From: Macrostomum lignano
Lineage: Eukaryota
Reading direction: 5' to 3'
DNA length: 42,489 nucleotides
Assembly (NCBI GenBank): GCA_002269645.1
Contig: NIVC01004544.1
Span: 1-42,489, forward strand
Shown: positions 34,412 to 42,489 of the stretch, in pieces
Layout of the letters: every line of letters starts with the position of its first letter
How positions within the stretch are numbered: position 1 is the stretch's first letter
The notes under the pieces: model-generated
What the model was told of the DNA's origin: nothing
Database searches by the model: none
Seen by the model: the letters and a program-made list of their open reading frames with translations, nothing else
Program-made: the position numbers and the translations under genes

Positions 34412-36010
34412 ATGGGTGCCCACCTGTCTTGCCTGCACAAGAGGCGGTCGGCCGCTGCGCGGCTTGCAAAAAAGAACGGCCGGACCGGACGCGGCGTTGG
34501 TTGCTATAGCAACCGCAGGCAAAACGGAGGCGAGCAGCAGCAGCAGCATCCGCCAGGCTACGTGGTCGCGGAATACTTGGTGGACTTCGGCGACTGCAAG
34601 CTGCATCAGAACTGCCGCCTGCTGACCACCACAGGGCCAGCAGCTCAGCCGGGCAAGCCCCCGACCAGTCTCCATGGCAACGGCGATGCTGTACCGCTCA
34701 GAAGACGTCCGATGACGTCAAATCAGCCACTACCGAACCGGTCGCCCTTCAGCAAGTGCGGCAACGGCGGCGGTTGCAGCGGTAGCGGCCGAGTCCGGCC
34801 AAGCTGCCCGGTTCACGGCTCCCGACAGCCGCAGCAGCCGCAGTCCGGCAGCGGCAGGAACGGTGCAGCCAGGCCCCGGCTGGGGTACATCCCGGCCGCG
34901 CAGCCGGCTCCGCAGCCCGCCAAGCCGTTCGCCACCGTGGCGAACCGCCTGTCGATCAGCTTTGATGAGAAGCGCCTATCGAAGTTTGTCGCCACCTCGC
35001 CGAGCAGGGGTGCCGAATCCGCCAGCCGGGTCGCTCCGAGCGCCAGGATCCCGCTGGAGTCCCCGGTGGACACGCCGCCGCCGTCTCCTCCACCGGCTCC
35101 GCTGCCGCCATCCTCCTCAAGGAGGTCCGCTGCGGCGTTGACTACGCAGGCCGCCCTGCCGTCGCAGGGCAGCCAGACGTCGCTGGTGAACTTCCTGAAG
35201 CGGACCAACAGTACCGAGTCGCAGTTCAAGGTGACGGTCCGTCGGGGACGCGGAAGCCGGGCAGGGCGCCAGCACGCGGGCCCACGAGTCAGCTTCCGGC
35301 CCGCCATCACCCGCGCCGCGGCCAAGACCATCGAAGTGATCGACACCAGACCGACCGTGGAGTACCGGCCGCGGTACACCTGCCTGCGTCGATCTCTGGT
35401 GGAAGGTCTCGAACGGATGCACCTGCTGCAACCAGCCGAGCTTGCGGTTGACGAAGAAGCTTCGGACAGCGGGCGGAAGAGTCGCCGAGACTCAGTTCGG
35501 GCCGGCGGCGATTCGGAACCACGGGCGCACAGCGAGCCGGGCGGAGGCGGCAGCGGCGCCGGTACGCCATCACGGAGACGCTGCCAGACGGTGTCGCGCG
35601 ATCCTCCGCGAAGCCCCTCGGCGGCAACGCTGGCAGCGGCGCGGAAAGACCCGAACCAGCGCACCTTCTACTTCTTCCACATCCGAGCGAGCTCGCTAGC
35701 ACAGAGCGAGGCCTTCCTGTTCGACAGCCTGGTGGTCTGCCTGGCCCGCCGCTACGGCTGCTGGCTGCGCCTGGTGCCGATGGCGGAGTCGCAGGACCTG
35801 CCACCAGGCCTGCGCCGCGTTGAGGTGGCCGGCCCGGGCTTCCGGGAGATCCGGCGCTTCCTGCACCAGCTGACCGCGAGCCCGGAGACTCAGGCGCTCC
35901 ACCAGCGGGTGCAGGAGCGGTTCCTGCCGCCTGACGACCGCTGCAGCAGCTACGCGAGGTCCTTTTATCTGGCAACGTCGAATGGGGAACTGCAGGCGAG
36001 TCTGGTGTGA
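34412..36010 (+). CDS. Uncharacterised 532-aa protein: predicted N-myristoylated, disordered middle, RVxF motif, small C-terminal alpha/beta domain
   Basis: 1.6-kb GC-rich open frame with gene-like codon usage; AAATCCATGG start with an in-frame stop at 34349 upstream; MGAHLSC N-terminus. Extra exons cannot be excluded. Confidence 0.78.
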   Translation: MGAHLSCLHKRRSAAARLAKKNGRTGRGVGCYSNRRQNGGEQQQQHPPGYVVAEYLVDFGDCKLHQNCRLLTTTGPAAQPGKPPTSLHGNGDAVPLRRRPMTSNQPLPNRSPFSKCGNGGGCSGSGRVRPSCPVHGSRQPQQPQSGSGRNGAARPRLGYIPAAQPAPQPAKPFATVANRLSISFDEKRLSKFVATSPSRGAESASRVAPSARIPLESPVDTPPPSPPPAPLPPSSSRRSAAALTTQAALPSQGSQTSLVNFLKRTNSTESQFKVTVRRGRGSRAGRQHAGPRVSFRPAITRAAAKTIEVIDTRPTVEYRPRYTCLRRSLVEGLERMHLLQPAELAVDEEASDSGRKSRRDSVRAGGDSEPRAHSEPGGGGSGAGTPSRRRCQTVSRDPPRSPSAATLAAARKDPNQRTFYFFHIRASSLAQSEAFLFDSLVVCLARRYGCWLRLVPMAESQDLPPGLRRVEVAGPGFREIRRFLHQLTASPETQALHQRVQERFLPPDDRCSSYARSFYLATSNGELQASLV

Positions 36011-36131
36011 CTGGGTGACGGACTGGACTGACATGCTCTGAGGGAACGGCCGGAGTGTCGGGTGGCGGAACACTTGGTATATTTTGCTAATTTATTGGGT
36101 CAAATGCTTCTTCGGATTTCCGGTCAGAAGT

Positions 36132-36372
36132 TCCGGGTTTTGGGTCAGTGACTTCGGGTTTTGGGTCAGTGACTTCGGGTTTTGGGTCAATGACTTCGGG
36201 TTTTGGGTCAATGACTTCGGGTTTTGGGTCAATGACTTTGGGTTTTGGGTCAATGACTTCGGGTTTATGGATTAGTGACTTCGGGTTTTGGGTCAGATAT
36301 TTCGGGTTTTGGGTCAGATATTTCGGGTTTTGGGTCAGATATTTTGGCTTTTGGGTCAGTAAATTCGGTTTT
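36132..36372 (+). repeat. 21-bp minisatellite (TTCGGGTTTTGGGTCAATGAC) about 120 bp after the 532-aa ORF stop
   Basis: About 11 copies. Confidence 0.96.
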
Positions 36373-38877
36373 TGGCGCAGACGCTTTTTGTTATTTTTGA
36401 GACCTTTCACCGGGTATGTTCGGATTTTTTGCTAGTGGGAAACTATTTGCCTCAGCCTGGCAGCCTGAAAATGTGTCCGAAGGCTCGCCGAACATTTTTG
36501 GCCAAAAAATTAGCTCACTGGCTGGGATCCTGGGAAATTTTGGCCATCGGCCGGTCGCTGACGAAATGCGTGCCCACCTGACAGAGTCGCCAAGTCTCCC
36601 CCCCCCCCAGCGGCACCCGCACCGCCCTCCTGGCACAGAAATTCCTGCAAAATTTTTTCGATGCGCTTTTTTCCTCACCATCATCACCATTATCGCCATC
36701 GCGAAATTCTCCCAGAGAAAAAACTGTGCCCTCTCTCTCAGATCCCCATCCGCCAGCCGCAGCCGCAGTCCCTTAATCCGCAAATCAGATCGCAATGGAA
36801 GCCAGGATGAACTTTTCCTGATGCGCTCTTTCTCGCTGTTTCTCTCGACCACACAGTAGGAAAGGTGCGAAGAAGGTCTGGCAAAGGACGTTTTCAATCT
36901 GTAGGAAAACTTATGAAGTTTTTCCTGAATGCCATCCACTTTTTTGCGTTTTTCACCGCGCTCATGTCACACCGCTATGCCCGCTGCTCCTTTTAGAACA
37001 TTTCAGTTTTGATGTCTTTTTTGGAATTATTCCACTCGATTTACCTCAGATTTTGCGCTGTTGTTCTCGCTCATTGCTTCTCTGTAGTTTTCAGTTGCTG
37101 GAGCATTGTGCGGATTTGCACCGGTCCCTGCAAATACCCCCCACCTGCTTGTATAGTATGGTACAGTACAGCCAAGTTGATAATATACCCGATTTCTGAG
37201 TCGAATTTTTATTTGTTTTTTGGATCCATCAAAATGCCGATATTTTTGCATTTATTTTTGAGTAGTTTTCCCTGTCCTGACTAGGGACTGCTGGGTAATT
37301 AATTTATGGGGACAAATCAGCTGCCAGGCCTGAGCAAAGCTAATTTGAAATGATGCAGAATTGGAGGCTGAACTTGGAGCTATTTGGGGATGGAGATCGG
37401 CATCTGAGCTCTGGTGGTCAAATTTAGAGAGATCAGAATGGGAGAGGCACCGCAGATGTCTCCTGGGGACACGCCGCCCCATCCAGCAGTGAGCCGGAGC
37501 AGGAGTTCTCCACCCCCCCCCCCCCAGTGAGTCCGGGCCAGAGTCAAAGATTTTTTTCATCAGGCGGACTGCTAATATTTCCCGTCTCCCACAGCGGAAT
37601 CGATTGACGGTGGCTTGAGGAGACGGGGGGGAGGGTACTGAGCTGGAGTCTGGGTTTAATCAGCGCACACATGCAGACACACATGCAGCACACATTGGCA
37701 CGTGTGTCGCTACGCCGATGCTGTTAAAAAAAGCGCCACCGACTGAACACAGAGGCCAGGCAGGTAAGCGGCAGCCTTGGCGAATTAACGGGAATGAGTC
37801 ACGGCAAAAGAAACCGGCGGAGCTTCTTTCAGAGAAGTTCCTGGCTTTGGTGGGCTGGGAAGATTTCTGTCCGGCCTGCGCCGGTGACGACATGTAGCTT
37901 GGAGAGTGGGAAAATGGTTTGTTTTTGTCTTAACTGAGGCATCACTCCTCGAAGTGCGCTGTCTGTCGCGCACAGGCTGGTCCGACAGGCCGGTGGCCAA
38001 TGCTGCCAAAGCAGAGACCCCGATCGCTGTTTATTCAAGTCCGCCTGCTTTCCTAAGCACTGGCAGGCTGGCTGGCTGGCTGGCTGGGCCTGGAGATGAA
38101 GCTTACCAGTATCCGCATGCGGTGATCGGTGACTAATGCTAGATTTTGGTCTCTGGGGCGGGGTATCGGAGATGATCCGAGAGCCAGATACAGTTCCATA
38201 CTAAAACTTTATTGTCCAAGGGACGGCACCTGCAACTGGATTTGCCAAGGACCCATCAGATTTGAGGAATTAAACTTCAAAAGGGAAGCATGAAGTTTCC
38301 CCATGCAGTACGAGAGCTGCAGCAAGAGTGCCCGATTGAATGGCGGCGCAGCCAGTTTCAAAGAAAACACCGCATAAAAATGGCGCAGAAGAGCGGAGCA
38401 TTTTTCTGCTTTCATAATTGCTACAATTTCTGTTCTGTGCCAAATCAAAGGGCAAAGAAGAAGTGTGCTCGAAATGCTACAGAAGAAATCGGGACCATTT
38501 CTTTAATCTGTCACGAGGCAAAATTGGGCGGGGGTTGGAATCCACCCCAGGCTCGTGTCCTCAAACTGGGCGCTCCCAGTTGGGGGGGGGAGATTTAAAA
38601 GTCTCAAAACGGGCAAAATTTGCATTGGCCTTCGTTCTTTTACAGGGCGGAACTGAAACTTTTTTATAGAATTGAATGCATAGTTTTTATCTGGAGTGAA
38701 GTTGCCTGTCTGAGTTCAATCGGATTTTGCAATCTAAAACCCGCAGTATTGCACAAACTTGTACAGCATTCTCCAAGCCAATAGCTCGCTCTAGGGTCAA
38801 GCTGTTCGAGACTTGCTTTTCATTATCACAGAGACCAACTCCACTGGCAATGAAGCATTTATATTTTCCCCATAGAC

Positions 38878-38916
38878 CAGGGGTCGGCGAACTTTTTACC
38901 TGAAGGGCCAGATAAA
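38878..38916 (+). mobile_element. hAT-Charlie-like transposon left end (fragment)
   Basis: CAGGGGTCGGCGAACTTTTTACCTGAAGGGCCAGATA resembles recalled Charlie/MER-type termini (CAGGGGTCGGCAAACT..AAGGGCCAGATA). No partner TIR seen. Confidence 0.55.
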
Positions 38917-38939
38917 GAACCTAGCGCATGACTCATATG

Positions 38940-39560
38940 AGGGGAGAGAGGAGAGGGAATACAGAAGAGAGATAGGAGAAAGGTGAGGCGAGGGAATAAA
39001 GGAGAAGAGGGGAGACAAGAGGAGAGGAGAGATAAAATAGGAGATGAGAGAGGAGAAGAGAGAGGAGGGAAGGGAGAGATTTGAGGAGAGGAGAGAAGAG
39101 GAGAGGAGAGGAGAGGAGAGGAGAGGAGAGGAGAGGAGAGGAGAGGAGAGGAGAGGAGAGGTGAGGAGAGGAGAGGAGAGGAGAGGAGAGGAGAGGAGAG
39201 GAGAGGAGAGGAGAGGAGAGGAGAGGAGAGGTGAGGAGAGGAGAGGAGAGGAGAGGAGAGGAGAGGAGAGGAGAGGAGAGGAGAGGTGAGGAGAGGAGAG
39301 GAGAGGAGAGGAGAGGAGAGAAGAGGAGAGGAGAGTAGAGAAGAGGAGAGGAGAGGAGAGGAGAGGAGAGGAGAGGAGAGGAGAGGAGAGGAAAGGAGAG
39401 GAGAGGAGAGGAGAGAAGAGGAGAGGAGAGGAGAGGTGAGGAGAGGAGAGGAGAGGTGAGGAGAGGAGAGGTGAGGAGAGGAGAGGAGAGGAGAGGAGAA
39501 GGAGAAGGAGAGGAGAGGAGAGGAGAGGAGAGGAGAGGAGAGAGGAGAGGAGAGGCGAGG
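38940..39560 (+). repeat. (GAGAG)n pentanucleotide microsatellite, polypurine tract
   Basis: Direct reading of the sequence. Confidence 0.97.
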
Positions 39561-39699
39561 CACTATTATATTATATTAGGCACTCATTTTGGCGCTTCAG
39601 GCAGTCACTTTAGCGCCCTGAAGCAGAATTATTGATTTCCATAACGGGTCGCAAGGTGGGGTGGGGAGAAAAAACATTGGCATGTCCCCCAATAGCTTT

Positions 39700-39753
39700 T
39701 ACTAGGGGGGACATGTCCCGCTGTGCCCCCTCCCCCCGATGGCGACGCCCCTG
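39700..39753 (-). mobile_element. Probable MITE terminus (CAGGGGCGTCGCCATCGGGGGG..GGGACATGTCCCCCC)
   Basis: Resembles common CAGGGGCG-type DNA-transposon ends; no partner end identified. Confidence 0.35.
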
Positions 39754-40663
39754 CAGTTGTACAAGCCTTGGGCCATAGAATATGACGGGTTTCATTAGAC
39801 AAACATGGAAATGTGAGACAAGAGTTTAATTGAGCAGGGCTTCATCCCACGCTGCTTCAATGGAGAAGAGATTCTTCGAACATTGATCAGGGGTTCGAGT
39901 TCCATTTGTTCAGCATTGCTTCGAGACACATACGATTGTTTTGAACTTGTACTGTACGTTACGATTTTGTCTTTTACTGTTTCAATTCACTTCACAGATA
40001 TTCCCCTTCTGGGCCATAGACAATGAAAATCGTCTTCAATACTTCGAAGTAGATTGATTCTCACTAAGGACTAAACTGCTTGCTCCTAGGCTCAAAGTAC
40101 ATATCTGCTCAGATATATACTATATAAAAAACAAATTTAAGAATAGCTGCACAGTCCTCAGATCATGCGCAGTGCTGTGTTTACTCTCTCAAGCACAAAT
40201 GCAGAGTTAGGTGAGAGAATTCCACACAAAGTGCATATTGAGCGACCAAATTGCATTGAAGAGCAGCTGGACGGAGTTACCGCCTACCTGGACAACCCGC
40301 AGCAAATGTGGTAGAAGCTGCTTGTTGCTGTCTTTCAAAACACTTTCCTCGCACTAAGTGGGGTCCCCACTTTCCCACTCTGCAATGCCAGCCTTGGGCA
40401 GTGTTGGGGGGGGGGGGTCAACAGTGTGTGTTAGCAAAAGCCCGCCCCAATGCTCTGTATGATGGCGAGAGAAACCCGAGACGAGAGCTGGGCAGTCGCT
40501 GAGAGAAATGAGGTATGCGTGCTAATTGGTCGGCCTCGAACTTCCGGTCAGTTGAGGTTAAAAAGTACATTGTTGTTTTGATAACAAGTTCGAGTCAGTA
40601 AAGTGCGATTTTATGAGCCTCATAGGAGGGTGGGTCATAGGAAAAGCGTATTTCTTTTGAGAA

Positions 40664-41022
40664 GAGAGGACATTAGATAAGTGGGATCATAGGAGAGGAC
40701 AGTAGATAAGTGGGGGTCATTGGAGAGGACAGTAGATAAGTGGGGGTCATTGGAGAGGACAGTAGATAAGTGGGGGTCATTGGAGAGGACAGTAGATAAG
40801 TGGGGGTCATTGGAGAGGACAGTAGATAAGTGGGGGTCATTGGAGAGGACAGTAGATAAGTGGGGGTCATTGGAGAGGACAGTAGATAAGTGGGGGTCAT
40901 TGGAGAGGACAGTAGATAAGTGGGGGTCATTGGAGAGGACAGTAGATAAGTGGGGGTCATTGGAGAGGACAGTAGATAAGTGGCGGTCATAGGAGAGGAC
41001 AGTGGATAAGTGGCGGTCATTG
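40664..41022 (+). repeat. 30-bp minisatellite (GGAGAGGACAGTAGATAAGTGGGGGTCATT)
   Basis: About 12 copies; the central ones are perfect. Confidence 0.97.
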
Positions 41023-42489
41023 GGACAGTGAAGAGAGAGGTTCATAAGAGAAAGCAGTGAACTGAGGATAATTAAAGGAAGAGAAGCACCCAAGCAGATC
41101 TGTTGTCGCAGAAAAAGCAGAAAGGTGCAAACGCGTAGTGGGATGGATTAATCGAATTGATGAAGAGTCAAGAGGATGCGAGAGGAAAATCGAGAGCTTA
41201 CTGGGAGAACAGGGTGAGCACTTCTCCGCGCTCCACCCTCTTCCGCCGGCCTGACAAAACATCCTTTTATTTATTGATGTTGACGCAGCCGTCCACACCT
41301 CGCCACCCACCGACACGTCTCAACCCCCCCCCCCCCCCCAATATACAACAGCCCACCAGCTCTGTTCAGTCATGCAGTCTCTGGCCGGCTCCGCCCTACT
41401 GCAGCCTCCTCCTCCCTTCATCAAGATATGATGAAGCTGAGCCACCCCGCCGCGCCATGCATTATTCACTGTGCTATGCGTGGCGACGGCCCGACCAACA
41501 CGCCGGCCCTGGCAACCAACCGTGCGGGAGAGGCCGCCACTGATCCCCCTGCCGCAGCGCTGCATGGCCAGTTTTAAGGCTTCCAAGCGGGGATTTGAGC
41601 TCACAGAGAGCTCACAGGACTCACAAGGCCACCTGCTCCATTCATGCGGGATTGACGTGAAAGATTTGTGAGAGAAGAACAAAAATGTGAGCAGCATTTT
41701 TCAAGAAATCAGTCAAGATCAAACAGCTGCCGCCATCCCTAAACTGAAGCGGGATCTCGGGTGGCGTGGGATCCGGGAATTCTGTGCGGGGCTTCGGAGA
41801 GAAGACCAAGCCTCTCGGCCACTTGCCAATCCGCATTGATTGCGTCATGCCCACTGATCCGGTCCCTCCGAGGGACAGGATAAGCCGCTCGATTTCGTCT
41901 GTCTCCCCTTGTTCAGCCAGATAGGTCCAGCATTTAACAGAGGCCGAAGTCCAAGAACAGACGCGGAGGGACCGCAGCAGTCATTAGCGGTATTGGAGCT
42001 CGGGAGGCTCCGTTCGAATGCTGCAGGAAGTCTCCTCCTAATGCATTCCGAGCCGGTCCTGGATAGGGTAGGTGGGGGGGGGACAAGCTCCTTCAGAGCC
42101 TCATCATCATTGGCATTCTGAGTGTGTGCCAGAGAAAACAAAGGCATGGCTAATTAATTTCAGATCGGCCCGCTCTCAGACAGCAGAGAGCCGTGAGTCA
42201 GACAGTCTAACTTTGGATGCCGAATCACGCTAGAGTCTGGAATGCCACGGAGGTCATACCCAAGCATCCGCATTGTTGCACTCGAAACACATTCCCCTAT
42301 CTGCTTGTGAACAAGACTGATACTGAGATAGAGGCACAAATAGCAATGCCTATAATCATATTAAAAGCTCGCACGCAAAGGTCAGAGCCAGCGTGTCTCA
42401 TTCAGGCCTGCTGAAGGTTTTGCGCAGTTGTGCAATATGGGTGGCAATCAGTTCGGCAGGCACCAAACCTGTCACTTAATGCTGCCCCG

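Noticed and set aside
34813-35975. 283-aa and 222-aa minus-strand ORFs
   Set aside because: Antisense shadows of the 532-aa ORF.
36391-36939. Overlapping 182-aa (-) and 147-aa (+) ORFs
   Set aside because: No domain signal, weak coding-like composition, mutually antisense.
40288-40353. Possible 66-nt minus-strand exon (CEESVLKDSNKQLLPHLLRVVQ) with AG/GT ends
   Set aside because: Isolated with no partner exons found; overlaps the competing plus-strand model.
1-41022. CRISPR-like arrays
   Set aside because: All arrays are contiguous tandem repeats without unique spacers; no cas genes; eukaryotic context.

Overview
Eukaryotic (animal) genomic DNA, not prokaryotic. It has GC-rich, Gln/Ala-rich exons, GT-AG introns and about 17 mini/microsatellite arrays. 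The style resembles the flatworm Macrostomum lignano (inference only). Left third, all on the minus strand and head-to-tail: a 5-exon FAM193-family gene (14310->7859, 1186 aa), a 116-aa ORF with a mitochondrial-presequence-like N-terminus (6102->5752), and a 6-exon HPDL (4-hydroxyphenylpyruvate dioxygenase-like) gene (4977->1891, 395 aa). Both multi-exon models were assembled by hand and are phase-consistent. FAM193 intron 2 holds a 5'-truncated RNase H-containing LINE inserted into a minisatellite, with a 14-bp TSD. A complete hAT-type MITE and a partial sibling lie upstream of FAM193. From about 16 kb to 34 kb I found no convincing coding exon, only unique spacers alternating with purine-rich minisatellites. 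A single-exon 532-aa plus-strand ORF of unknown family (34412-36010) has myristoylation, RVxF and KH-like features. Most long ORFs in the supplied track are translations of repeats or antisense shadows. No CRISPR array, rRNA or tRNA could be supported. No homology search was run; family calls rest on recalled motifs.
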